The notes under the pieces were generated by a model. That model worked only from the letters and a program-made list of their open reading frames with translations, had not been told where the DNA came from and made no database searches. DNA of 64,000 nucleotides from an uncultured Verrucomicrobiae bacterium. GTDB taxonomy: Bacteria > Verrucomicrobiota > Verrucomicrobiia > Chthoniobacterales > UBA10450. The stretch is taken from NCBI GenBank assembly GCA_963772365.1, contig CAVYXA010000001.1, positions 928,001 through 992,000 on the forward strand, written 5' to 3'. Shown in pieces: positions 38,022 to 48,448 of this stretch (positions are counted from its first letter, which is position 1; the number at the start of each line of letters is the position of its first letter). Position numbers and translations under genes: made by a program.

Positions 38022-39020
38022 ATGAATCCGTTTACTTATTCGCGCGTTGTCGATTCTAACGAGGCAATCAGCGGGATCGGTTCGAAACCACACGCTAAAT
38101 TCATCGGCGGCGGCTCCAATCTGATCGACTTGATGAAAATGGGTGTGGAGACACCCGATGCGTTAATCGACATCAACCATCTGCCTCTGGCGAAAATCGA
38201 GGAGCTTCCCAACGGAAAAGGCGTGCGCATTGGCGCGATGGTCCGCAATTCCGATTTGGCCGAGAATTCATTGATCAAATCTCGCTACCCGGTTCTAAGC
38301 GAAGCCATCCTCGCCGGGGCCAGCCCACAACTGCGCAATGTCGCCACCACTGGCGGCAATCTTTTGCAGCGCACACGCTGCTATTATTTTTACGACCCGG
38401 CATTTCCGGCCTGCAATAAACGCAATCCCGGGAGCGGTTGCGGCGCGATCGACGGTTACAACCGCATCCATGCGATTCTGGGCCAGAGCGACAAGTGCAT
38501 CGCCACGCATCCGAGCGACATGTGCGTGGCCCTGGCCGCGCTCGATGCTGTCGTGCGCGTTCGCGGCCCGAAAGGTGAACGCGAAATTCCATTCGCCGAT
38601 TTTCATCGGTTACCCGGCGACACGCCCGAACGCGAAACGAATCTCGGGCCGGACGAGTTGATCGTGGCTGTCGATCTTCCCCCGATTCCGTTCACCACCC
38701 GTTCGCACTATTTGAAGGTGCGCGACCGGGCCAGCTATGCGTTTGCGCTGGTGAGCGTGGCTGCCGCGCTCGATGTCGAGCCCAACAAAGAAATCAAAGC
38801 AGCGCGGCTCGCTCTCGGCGGGGTGGCTCATAAACCATGGCGGGCGCATACAGCGGAAGAAAAGTTGATAGGCGCAAAAGCCGACGAGAAAACATTTCGC
38901 GCAGCCGCGGAAGCTGAACTCGCCGCCGCCAAGGGGTACAAATACAATTCGTTCAAGATCGAACTGGCGAAGAATGCGATCATCCGCGTGCTCAGCACGG
39001 TCGCCGCAATGACAACATGA
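38022..39020 (+). CDS. paoB: Aldehyde oxidoreductase FAD subunit (PaoB/YagS-like)
   Basis: [48 protein letters not shown]. Confidence 0.9.
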   Translation: MNPFTYSRVVDSNEAISGIGSKPHAKFIGGGSNLIDLMKMGVETPDALIDINHLPLAKIEELPNGKGVRIGAMVRNSDLAENSLIKSRYPVLSEAILAGASPQLRNVATTGGNLLQRTRCYYFYDPAFPACNKRNPGSGCGAIDGYNRIHAILGQSDKCIATHPSDMCVALAALDAVVRVRGPKGEREIPFADFHRLPGDTPERETNLGPDELIVAVDLPPIPFTTRSHYLKVRDRASYAFALVSVAAALDVEPNKEIKAARLALGGVAHKPWRAHTAEEKLIGAKADEKTFRAAAEAELAAAKGYKYNSFKIELAKNAIIRVLSTVAAMTT

Positions 39021-41207
39021 GCGCACCCAAACCAATCACAGCGAAATCGATGAGCACGCCGATGAGCCGTGTCGATGGCCCGTTGAAGGTCACGGGCGCA
39101 GCCAGGTATCCCGCGGAGTTTAATCCACCAGATGTCGCGCATGCATTTGTTGTGATGAGCCCGATATCAAAGGGGGAGATCACGGCGATTGATTCGGCTG
39201 CGGCAGAAAAGGCGCCTGAGGTTCTCGCAGTTCTCACTCCTTTCAACGCGCCAAAATTATCCGAGCCGCCGAATGCGCAAAAACGGGAAGGAATCCGGAT
39301 CGAGAAACGCGAGCCGTTGGCGGACAAGAAGATTTATTATGGTGGTCAAGTACGTTGCTGCGGTCATCGCAGAAACGCTCGAAGCTGCACGATATGCGGC
39401 ATCGCTGCTGAAAATATCCTACAAAAGCGAGTCGCCATTGCTAAATAGAGAAACAGCAATCAAGAAAACGGAGCCGAAGGAACACTTCGGCGACGAGCTG
39501 CGACAGAAAAAGGGCGACGTCGCGGCCGTGTTTGAGAAAGACGATCTGGTCAAGATCGAGAACACCTATTCGAGCCCGACCGAGACCCATAATCCGATGG
39601 AATGCTCGGCGACCGTGGCGCATTGGGAAGAGGCCGATCGGCTGACGATCTATGATGCGACGCAATTTGTGAAAGGCTCGCAAGGAATCGTTGCTCACGC
39701 ATTTGGGATTCCGCGAGAAAATGTGCACGTGATCTGTCCATTCGTCGGCGGAGCGTTTGGCTGCAAAGGACCAACCTGGCCACACACGATTCTCGCGGCA
39801 ATGGCAGCGAAAGTTGTGAAACGTCCCGTAAAACTCGAGCTGACGCGACAGCAGATGTTCAGTGGAACCGGCCATCGGCCGCCGACTTATCAGACCATCG
39901 CGCTGGCGGCGGATCACGACGGAAAGCTTCAGGCGATCCGTCACAAAAGCGAAATGCTCACATCACCGGTCGGCGACTGGGTCGAAGCGTGCGGGATTGG
40001 TTCGACGAATGTTCTTTACGATGCGCCCGCTATCGAGTTCAGTCACACCGTTTACACCGTCAATGTTGCTCAGCCGTCGTTTATGCGCGCGCCGGGTGAA
40101 TGTCCGGGCACTTATGCGTTGGAATGCGCCATGGATGAATTGGCTTATGCGCTCAAGATGGATCCGCTGAAATTGCGGCAGGTTAACAATTCGCCCGGTC
40201 ATCCGATCAAAGGCATTCCATGGTCCACGAAACATCTGGCGGAAGCTTATCAATTGGGCGCTGAGAAATTTGGTTGGTCGAAACGCAAACACGAGCCGCG
40301 CTCCATGCTCGCCACGGCGAGTCCGTCCGGTGGCGGAAAAGATCGACATTTGCTCGTAGGCTGGGGCGTAGCCACTGCGACTTATCCCGCGCACGCCGGT
40401 CGCTCTGAAGTGAGAATTCAATTTCGCGCCGACGGAACAGCATTGGTGAAATGCGCCGCCCATGATCTTGGAACGGGTCAATGGACGTCACTTACTCAAA
40501 TCAGCGCCGACGCTATTGGATTACCGGTCGAAAAAGTGAAGTTCGAGCTTGGCGATTCCGATTATCCGTTCGGGCCGGTCGCGGGCGGATCGCAAACCAC
40601 GGCGACCGTCGGATCCGGAATTGCCCTCGCGGCGCAGGATTTGAAAAAGAAACTTGTCGATCTTGGCGCCAGTGAAAACAAACCGGCAACATTCGCCGAC
40701 GCGTTGAAGCGGAAGGGAACCGACTCAGTGGAAGGTTACGGCAAATATGAATTCGAGGAGAGCGACAAATTCGGATTCCAAAGTTTCGGCGCACAATTCT
40801 GCGAGGTGAAAATCGATCCCGATTTGCCGCTGGTCCACGTGACGCGCTGGGTGAGCGTGATGGACTGCGGGCGCGTCGTGAATTTGAAGACCGGCGCGAG
40901 TCAGATTCTCGGCGGCGTAGTGATGGGCATTGGAATGGCACTGGAAGAAGAAACCGTTTACGATCCGGCCACTGGACTGCCGGTGAACCGGAATCTCGCC
41001 GAATATCATGTGCCGGTGCACGCTGATATTGAAAACATCGATGTGCATTTTGTCGGAGAGCCCGATTACAAGTTCAATCCGGTCGGCGCGCGCGGCATGG
41101 GCGAGATCGGAATCACCGGCGCCGCGGCAGCCGTGGCGAATGCCGTTTATCACGCAACTGGAAAGCGCGTGCGCGACCTGCCGATCACGCTGGATAAATT
41201 GCTGTGA
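39017..41207 (+). CDS. paoC: Aldehyde oxidoreductase molybdopterin subunit (PaoC/YagR-like), frameshift near 39350
   Basis: [44 protein letters not shown]. Confidence 0.88.
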
Positions 41208-42223
41208 AAGAAATCTACGACATCCTGCGCGAGGTAGGGCGCGACCGCCGGGCGCGCCGTGGTTTTGCCCTCGCGACGCTGGTTCGCGCGGAAGGATCGA
41301 GCTTTCGCCGACCCGGCGCGCGAATGTTAATTTGCCAGGATGGAAAAACAGTCGGCTCGCTCAGTGCCGGCTGCCTGGAGGACGAAATTGCATCGCGAGC
41401 TCGCGAAGTCTTGAAAACGGGAAAACCGTCGATGATGAGTTTCGACACACGGCGACGATTCGGCTGCAGCGGCAGGATCGACATCTTCATTGAGCGCGCA
41501 TTGGAAAAGTTTTTTGTCGATCTTGCCAGGAATCTAGACTCGCGCAGGAGTTGTCTTGCGATTACTGCGCGCGAAGGAACATCTGTAGGGGAAGCTGACA
41601 GCTTCCCCGGTTTCACCGCGAACCATTTTTGTGGTGGGGAAGCTGTCAGCTTCCCCTACAGCCAGAACCGTGACGTGTTGCTCGTTCAGCAGATTCATCC
41701 ATCCATTCGGCTTTTGATTGTTGGCGATGGACCGGACAATGCGCCGATTTGTAAATTGGCGAGCCTCATTGGCTGGGAGACGGTTGAATTTGTCGATCCG
41801 GGCGAAATCGTGATCGAGCCGGACGAATGGACCGCGGCGATTGTGAAATCGCACAATTACGGACGCGATTTTGTGGCGCTGCAAAAATTGCTGCCGATGA
41901 ATCTGCGGTATGTCGGCCTGATCGGGCCGCGGAAACGACGGGATCAATTGCTTAATGCTCTCCTCGATGAAGATGTCACGATCAATGCCGGATTTTTCGC
42001 ACCGGCGGGGCTCGATCTTCACTCGGAAACCCCGGAGGAGATTGCTCTTGCCGTTGTCTCGGAAATTCAGCGCGTGTTTGCTGGTGGCTCCGCCTTGTCG
42101 TTGCGGGAACGGAAGATGTCGATCCACGCGTCGTTTCACAGTTCCTCGACGGATTCCGTGGCGCCATCGAAAGGAAATGTCGCGGGATCCTTCGACCCCG
42201 AAAGCGTTCGGGGCTCAGGATGA
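41204..42223 (+). CDS. XdhC/PaoD family molybdenum cofactor chaperone
   Basis: EGSSFRRPGARM, SAGCLE, GCSG, YVGLIGPRKR, APAGLDL..ETPEEIA. Confidence 0.9.
   Translation: MKEIYDILREVGRDRRARRGFALATLVRAEGSSFRRPGARMLICQDGKTVGSLSAGCLEDEIASRAREVLKTGKPSMMSFDTRRRFGCSGRIDIFIERALEKFFVDLARNLDSRRSCLAITAREGTSVGEADSFPGFTANHFCGGEAVSFPYSQNRDVLLVQQIHPSIRLLIVGDGPDNAPICKLASLIGWETVEFVDPGEIVIEPDEWTAAIVKSHNYGRDFVALQKLLPMNLRYVGLIGPRKRRDQLLNALLDEDVTINAGFFAPAGLDLHSETPEEIALAVVSEIQRVFAGGSALSLRERKMSIHASFHSSSTDSVAPSKGNVAGSFDPESVRGSG
41583..41661. repeat. GTAG REP doublet, perfect 26-bp inverted repeat inside the xdhC-like gene
   Basis: CTGTAGGGGAAGCTGACAGCTTCCCC (41583-41608) and GGGGAAGCTGTCAGCTTCCCCTACAG (41636-41661). 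Confidence 0.9.
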
Positions 42224-43074
42224 CAGGCGCGGTAATTCTGGCGGCGGGCCAATCGTCGCGATTTGGGCAGCCCAAGCAACTCGCGAGATTTTGCGGAGAG
42301 AGTCTCCTGCGCCGAACTGTCGATGCTGCGAATGCCGCCGGTTGTTCGCCGATTATCGTCGTGGCCGGCTCTGATAGCGAAGAGTTGGTTCCCGAATTGC
42401 GCGATCTCGATGTTGTAATCGTTGAAAATCCGGGGTGGCGGCGCGGGATTGGAACTTCAATCCGAGCTGGTTTGAAGGTGTTCATCAAGGACAGGCGTTT
42501 TGTTAAGCGCCCTGCGGCGATTGGAAAACCGCCGTTCATTGGAGGAATCATCGGCGATCGAAAGCGCTTGTCGCAGCGCGCAAGTAGTGCCGACGACTGT
42601 GCTCCGTCATCGGGCAAAGCAACGCGAGAACGCGCGCGCACTCCGAAAGCTGACGCGAAATGGAATTTGGCGTCTGGAAAGATTTCGCACGAAGTGCTTT
42701 CGAAGTGCGAAGCGTCCTCGCATCGCTTTCAGCGAATTGCTCGCGACGCCCATAAAGGCGTAATTTTAATGGTGTGCGACCAGCCGTTTGTGGATGCGGG
42801 TGTAATCAAGAAGCTCATCGCGCTGCGGGAGCAAACCGGGAAAGCAATCGTCGCGTCTCGCTATGCGGATACTCTCGGCGTGCCGGCGCTTTTCGATCGT
42901 TCCTGTTTTGAAGAACTCCTTGCACTGGACGACGCCGATGGTGCAAAGCCAATTATTCTGCGCGATCGATCACGAGTGGCCACGCTGCCATTTCCGAACG
43001 GCGAGATCGACATCGATACTGCAAAAGATTTGGAAAAGCTCGCATTGGTGGAACGCGATCTCCGAGCGCGTTAG
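42220..43074 (+). CDS. Molybdenum cofactor cytidylyltransferase (MocA-like) with an in-frame repeat-derived insertion
   Basis: ILAAGQSSRFGQPKQL, GIGTSIRAG, CDQP, GVPALF, DIDT. Confidence 0.88.
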   Translation: MTGAVILAAGQSSRFGQPKQLARFCGESLLRRTVDAANAAGCSPIIVVAGSDSEELVPELRDLDVVIVENPGWRRGIGTSIRAGLKVFIKDRRFVKRPAAIGKPPFIGGIIGDRKRLSQRASSADDCAPSSGKATRERARTPKADAKWNLASGKISHEVLSKCEASSHRFQRIARDAHKGVILMVCDQPFVDAGVIKKLIALREQTGKAIVASRYADTLGVPALFDRSCFEELLALDDADGAKPIILRDRSRVATLPFPNGEIDIDTAKDLEKLALVERDLRAR

Positions 43075-43179
43075 TAATTCAATCGCACAAGATTGAGTCG
43101 CTTCGCGGCTTCGTTCTTATCATCGTCTTTCGCCACGGCGAATCTTCGATCGGAGAAGCCGATCCACCCTCAAATTAGA

Positions 43180-45347
43180 TCATTTCCCGCCGCCAAAGAA
43201 TCGCCGGAGTGTTTGAAGAATTCGATTGGGAAACTGGGTCGCTTTGCGCCCCGTATCCTCCAGTTTTCCAGCGAACATTTCCTCGCCGCCATGAACTTCG
43301 CACGGCATGGTGGGAATTTTATCCACTGGGAGATCGATTTCGTAGGCGGTGCCGGCAGCCTGACAACCAGTGGTGGCGAGGTGATTCGAGATCGAGCAAA
43401 CCATTGCCCGCTGAATCGGCATGGTGGGCTGCAAATCCTGCGGCGGATAGCGTTGCGCCGCCTTGTTCATTACCTGAACCCAAATTGGCAGAGCCAGGGC
43501 AGAACCATAACCGTGCGGGATGATCGCGACCGGCTGATCGAAGCCGACCCAGACGCCGCACGTGATCGTGCTGGTGAAACCGACAAACCAGGCATCCTTG
43601 TAATCGTTCGTCGTGCCGGTCTTGCCTGCGGCGGCAATTTGAAGCCTAACGATCGAGCGGAAGCGGCTGTCCCTTCGGTGAGCACGTCTTCCATGATCTG
43701 CGATGTCATCCAGGCGGCGCTGGAGTCAAGCGCAGGGGCGGAAATGTGAGCTGCGCGATAAATGGGATTATGATTCTGATCGTCGATCCGTTCGATAATG
43801 TAGGCTTGCTTGCGGACTCCGGCGTTCGGGAACACGGAATACGCTGCGGTGAGGTCACGCAGATCTGTTTCGAACGAACCGATGTAGATGGCCGGCCCGT
43901 GCGGAACATTCTGGCTGAGATTGAGCGTATTAGCGACCTTCTGGACAGAATCGAGTCCAGCGAATTGGCCGACACGTACACTCATCGTATTGCGCGAGTG
44001 GATCAGACCATAAGAGCACGGCTCGATCCCGCCGAAGGTGCCATCCGAATTTGCAGGCGACCAGTTTCCCGCACCCCGAATTTCACCGGGCTGAATCGGT
44101 CCATCGCTGATCGCGGCGCCCGGCAAAAGTCCTTCGGTAAAAGCAACGGTATAAACAAACGGCTTGAAAGCAGATCCGATCTGCCGGTTTGCCGGCGCGA
44201 GTGCGCGATTGAATTTGCTTTGCGAATAATCGCGGCCGCCGACCAGCGCGCGAATGCCGCCACTGGCGTTATCGATCGCCACTAATGCACCTTCGAGATA
44301 AGGCATTGCGCCTTCGTCCCCGTTTTCGGGCGGCTGGTAGTTGGCCTTAATCGGATGATGAAAATTCGACTGGTGCTCGATTTTCGTCAGCTGAGTTTCC
44401 AGCGCGGCTTGAGCAGCGTTTTGCACGGCTGGATCGAGAGTCGTGTAAATGAAGAGACCGCCATTATCGATCTGATCCTGGGTCAGGAGAAGATTCAGAT
44501 CGCGCTGAACGGCGTCCATCGCATAATTCTCCTGGATTTGCAGCATCCGTTTGGGATGCGTGTTCACTCGCGAGCGGCGGGCCTGCGCAGCTTGCGCAGC
44601 CGAAATCTTTTTCAACTCGACCATGCGCTTCAGAACCGCGTCTCGTTGGGCAGCCGCGCCCTCGGGATTTTTTAAAGGCGAAAATCGGTTTGGGCTCCGA
44701 ATCAATCCGGCCAGGAGCGCTGCTTCCGAGAGAGTCAGATCCGAAGCGTGCTTGCCAAAGTATGCTTGGGAAGCGGTCTCCACACCGTAGCAACCGGCAC
44801 CGAAATAGATGCGGTTAATGTAGAGCTCGAGAATTTGTTGTTTGGTGAACTCGCGCTCGATCCGCAGAGCGACCATCGCCTCCAGTAACTTCCGGTTCAA
44901 AGTGCGCCCCCCGAGCGGGAGACTGTTCCGGGCGAGCTGCTGCGTGATGCTGCTTGCGCCTTCCTTGGCGGAACCGCTGAGGATATCGCGAATCAAAGCA
45001 CGCAAAATTCCGCGATAATCGATTCCGTCATGCTGATAGAAACGCGTGTCCTCGCGAGCGAGCAGAGCATCGATAAAATAAGGCGAGACTTCGCTCAGTG
45101 AAACCTTGAGCCGGTTCGCTCCGGCCAGACGACTGTAGATTTTTCCATCGACATCGAACACCGTATTACGCTCCGGCATTTGGCCGACCTTTTTCATGTC
45201 GAAGGTCTCTGCCCATACGCCGTAAAAAACGATTACGCCAAGCCCGCCAGCGACGACCAGACCGAGCAGGGTCAGCTTCCAGCCGAAACGGAGAAAACCT
45301 TTGCCTGTTCTCTTCTTCCTTTTTCGGAAGCGGGCGAAGAGTTTCAT
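43180..45347 (-). CDS. Class A penicillin-binding protein (PBP1A family), frameshift near 43630
   Basis: EDTRFYQHDG, GASSITQQL, RKLLE; SAFK, SRN; the KTGT region is frameshifted. Confidence 0.9.
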
Positions 45348-45473
45348 GGACTAGAAATAATCTAGCCGCACATGGGATTCAGCGAAAGGAAACCAAGTCG
45401 GTCGCTGATTGGGAAGAGATTTCAGGGCGTCCGTGCCCGACGCCGAGGCGTTTCACAGAAACGCTCTACAACA

Positions 45474-45811
45474 TCACAGATTGAGCTTCACCACGCCTTC
45501 GTGCACTTCATTTGCGCACGGGGCATTGGTGGGGACATCGGTGGCAGCGTCGCTCGGCTGAACAATCCCTTTGTCGATCAGATATTTCTCGACTTCTTCG
45601 CCGCTAATATCGGCCAGCATTTGACCGTTAATTTCGACGCAGGGCGAAAGCGGCTGACCACTCTTCGTTTCCATCTCCCAGCGAAAAGCCGGATTCTGGA
45701 TGATGTCCTTTTCCGTGTAGGCGAGATTGTATTTGGCCAGAACGGCGCGAACACGCCGCCGCTCCAACCGCAATAGGTCTTGAGATAGGCAGTGATTTGG
45801 GGTGTGTCCAT
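45474..45811 (-). CDS. Glutaredoxin-like protein (CGWS), frameshift near 45770
   Basis: AYLKTYCGWS joins VRAVLAKY..SGQPLSPCVEING. Confidence 0.8.
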
Positions 45812-45903
45812 TGTGAGAAATGTAACATCAAACCACCAGGTGAAAACCCTAAAATCAAAACCAAAGGATCATTCAAGCTGGCATACCAAAACTCCAGCCG
45901 ACT

Positions 45904-45977
45904 TGTCATCCTGAGCGGAAGCGAAGGATCTCAATTTATTGAAAAAATGAAGATGTTTCGCTTCGCTCAACATGACA
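45904..45977. repeat. Intergenic palindromic REP-like doublet (TGTCAT...ATGACA family)
   Basis: TGTCATCCTGAGCGGAAGCGAAGGATCT...AGATGTTTCGCTTCGCTCAACATGACA. Confidence 0.85.
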
Positions 45978-45996
45978 CAAAAGGGAAACGGCAGAT

Positions 45997-46595
45997 TTAA
46001 ATTTTATGTCGAAGCGGCCGGATCGATTGGGTCAGCTTTTGCAAACCCAATTCGAGCCGTGTCTTCACCGTACCCAATGGCGCCTGGGTGGCATTGGCAA
46101 TCTCGCGATGGCTCAGTCCATTAAAAAAGCCAGCTCGATCGCCTCCCGTTGAAACCGGGGCAGATTTCGCATTCGCTGTTTAAGAAAACGACGCAAATCT
46201 GAAAGAACAAACGAGCGCTCCGCATCGCGTCTTGGTCGTTGCGGCTGGCGCTCAAGCTGTTCGCGATAGCGTTCCGTTGCGCGGTAGTACGCTTGTCGCC
46301 GGCGAAGTCGATCAATGGCGCGGCGGCGGGCGATAGTGACAATCCAGCCCAAAGGTTTGCCCGCCTTTGGCGAGTAGTTGTTCGCTTCCTTCCAGATCTG
46401 AAGAAAAATTTCCTGCAACACGTCGTCGGCTTCGGCGTTTTCGTGAACGAGGCTGTCGATCACGCTGCGCAGCATGTGGCCATAACGATCGTAGAGTTCA
46501 TCCAGGGCGGATTGGTTCCGTCGGGAGATTTTCTGCAGAAGCGCTTCATCCGGTACAGTGGAGAGTACGTTGGGGTCGAGTGTTGGTTTAAGCAT
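45997..46595 (-). CDS. ECF sigma-70 factor (SigK-like), frameshift near 46115
   Basis: ALDELYDRY, DDVLQEIF, IARRRAIDRLR; second frame LSHREIA..PLGTVKTRLELGL. Confidence 0.88.
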
Positions 46596-46625
46596 GGCGA
46601 AGGTTCAGGGTTGTGCCGCTCCCGT

Positions 46626-46931
46626 TCAGAGAAGCAGGGCGGTGTTTTCTTTTATGCCCAGCGCCATCGACCAATCTTGATAGGCTTTGCGGGAGATCAG
46701 TGGATTTCCCGGGTAGACCCAGTGTCGCGGCGTGGATTTACAAGTTTCGGTTGGGCAATGGAGCATCCATCTGCCACGGCCTGCTCTTATGATGTCCACC
46801 TGGCGACCAGTGAATGTCCTGTCGCACAAGATGCAAAACCGCTGGTCATCCAACGAATCCCAATCGCGGAACCGATCTTGCCTTTTCAAGATCGACAACC
46901 GCTCCTCAATCAGAATGCGTGCCTTTGACAT
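46626..46931 (-). CDS. Small CxxC...CxxxxC zinc-ribbon-like protein (paralogue 1)
   Basis: DRFRDWDSLDDQRFCILC...HCPTETCKSTPRHWV. Confidence 0.7.
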   Translation of the reverse strand: MSKARILIEERLSILKRQDRFRDWDSLDDQRFCILCDRTFTGRQVDIIRAGRGRWMLHCPTETCKSTPRHWVYPGNPLISRKAYQDWSMALGIKENTALLL

Positions 46932-47074
46932 GGTAAAACGCTTTCCTGTTCTTCGAAGATCAACAATCGGGATGGAGGCTGATCATTGGCTAAGAGAAAC
47001 TCTGACCAAGGTTTAGCGTCGGATCAGCAAACGAGTCTAGGAGCGTCGAGGAAATGAACGTGGCGCTGATCGAA

Positions 47075-47431
47075 TTATTGAACAGCCCTGGCGTTCCCGA
47101 TTCGTTCCAGAACCTCTTCTGGAGGCCGCACCCAATCCATCGGAATGGACTGACAATTTTCAGTCGGACAAATGATGCGCAGAGGCCCGTGAGAACGATT
47201 CCCGCCGACCACCTGGATTTCGTGGCCATTGATAAGCTTGCTGCAGCCCAGGCAATACCGTTTGTCTTCGAGCGAATGCCAGGTCCGATATTTATCCAGA
47301 CGCTGCAGAACTTGCAACTTATCTTTATCCACAATTTGATAGGTGAAAGAAACTGGCCACAACAGGCCAGAATGCCTAAGAAACGAAACTGCGACACAAT
47401 CAGCCGGACGGCGTAACGAAGTATCGGTCAA
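47075..47431 (-). CDS. Small CxxC...CxxxxC zinc-ribbon-like protein (paralogue 2; start uncertain)
   Basis: DKYRTWHSLEDKRYCLGC...ICPTENCQSIPMDWV. Confidence 0.7.
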   Translation of the reverse strand: MTDTSLRRPADCVAVSFLRHSGLLWPVSFTYQIVDKDKLQVLQRLDKYRTWHSLEDKRYCLGCSKLINGHEIQVVGGNRSHGPLRIICPTENCQSIPMDWVRPPEEVLERIGNARAVQ

Positions 47432-47647
47432 AAACCTATCCTCACCGAAAGGCTGATTGACAGAAATTAGTCGTCCGCGAAAAAATGTCGATGCGAGCGG
47501 GAAAGCTGAGAACGAAATTTCGCGATTTACGGCATGCGTTTTTCATGAAATCGAAGAGCGATTATCGATGAACCTTCCGCCGAAACAAATGCTCCCGAGC
47601 GAGAGACATCTTGGAGTCGCGCAAAAAAAGCACTCGGGCCGATCGGT

Positions 47648-48427
47648 GTGGTTCTTGTCGTTATCGTGAAGTTTTTTGCGAAGCTCAAGTTCGCCCTTTT
47701 GCCGGCATTGAAGTTTCTGCCGGTGATTCTGAAATCCGGCGGCACCATGCTGCTGATGCTCTGGGTCTATACCCAGCTCTGGGGTTGGAGATTCGCCGTT
47801 GGGTTCGTCATCCTTTTGCTTGTGCACGAGTGCGGGCATTTGCTCGTTGCCAGAAAATTCGGGCTAAAAGTCGGCGCGCCGATTTTTATTCCATTCATGG
47901 GCGCGTTCATTGCGTTCAAAGAGGCCCCACGCAATGCCTGGATGGAAGCCTGCGTCGGAATCGGCGGCCCGATGCTGGGCACATTCGGAGCGCTGGTTTG
48001 CAATGTGACCGGCGAGTTCACGGATATGCCAATTTTCTTCGCTCTCGCCTGGTTTGGTTACTTTCTGAACCTGTTCAATCTCACTCCCGTGGGAATGCTG
48101 GATGGCGGACGCATCGTCACCGCTCTGTCACGCTGGCTCTGGTTGCCTGGATTTGCGCTGCTCCTGTGGTTCGGGTGGAAATATCCGAATTTCATCGTCT
48201 GGCTCATGGTGATCCTTTCCATCCCGCGCATTTACTCTCTCTTCCGGAAACGGACCGAGGAGGAGCAACGCTACTTCGAGGTAACGCCCGCCCAGCGTTG
48301 GACGATGTCGATCCTATATTTCGGGCTCATCGCCGTCTTAATTTTCGGCATGCAGCTTGCCCAGGAGGATCTGCACAAGCGCGGGGTGCGCGCACACAAC
48401 AAAGGGCGCGATATTTTAGTCCAGTAG
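47648..48427 (+). CDS. Site-2 protease (M50) family; true start probably near 47568
   Basis: HECGH, GGP, NLFNLTPVGMLDGG. Confidence 0.9.
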   Translation: MVLVVIVKFFAKLKFALLPALKFLPVILKSGGTMLLMLWVYTQLWGWRFAVGFVILLLVHECGHLLVARKFGLKVGAPIFIPFMGAFIAFKEAPRNAWMEACVGIGGPMLGTFGALVCNVTGEFTDMPIFFALAWFGYFLNLFNLTPVGMLDGGRIVTALSRWLWLPGFALLLWFGWKYPNFIVWLMVILSIPRIYSLFRKRTEEEQRYFEVTPAQRWTMSILYFGLIAVLIFGMQLAQEDLHKRGVRAHNKGRDILVQ

Positions 48428-48448
48428 TACTTCCGCCGCCTTGATTCG

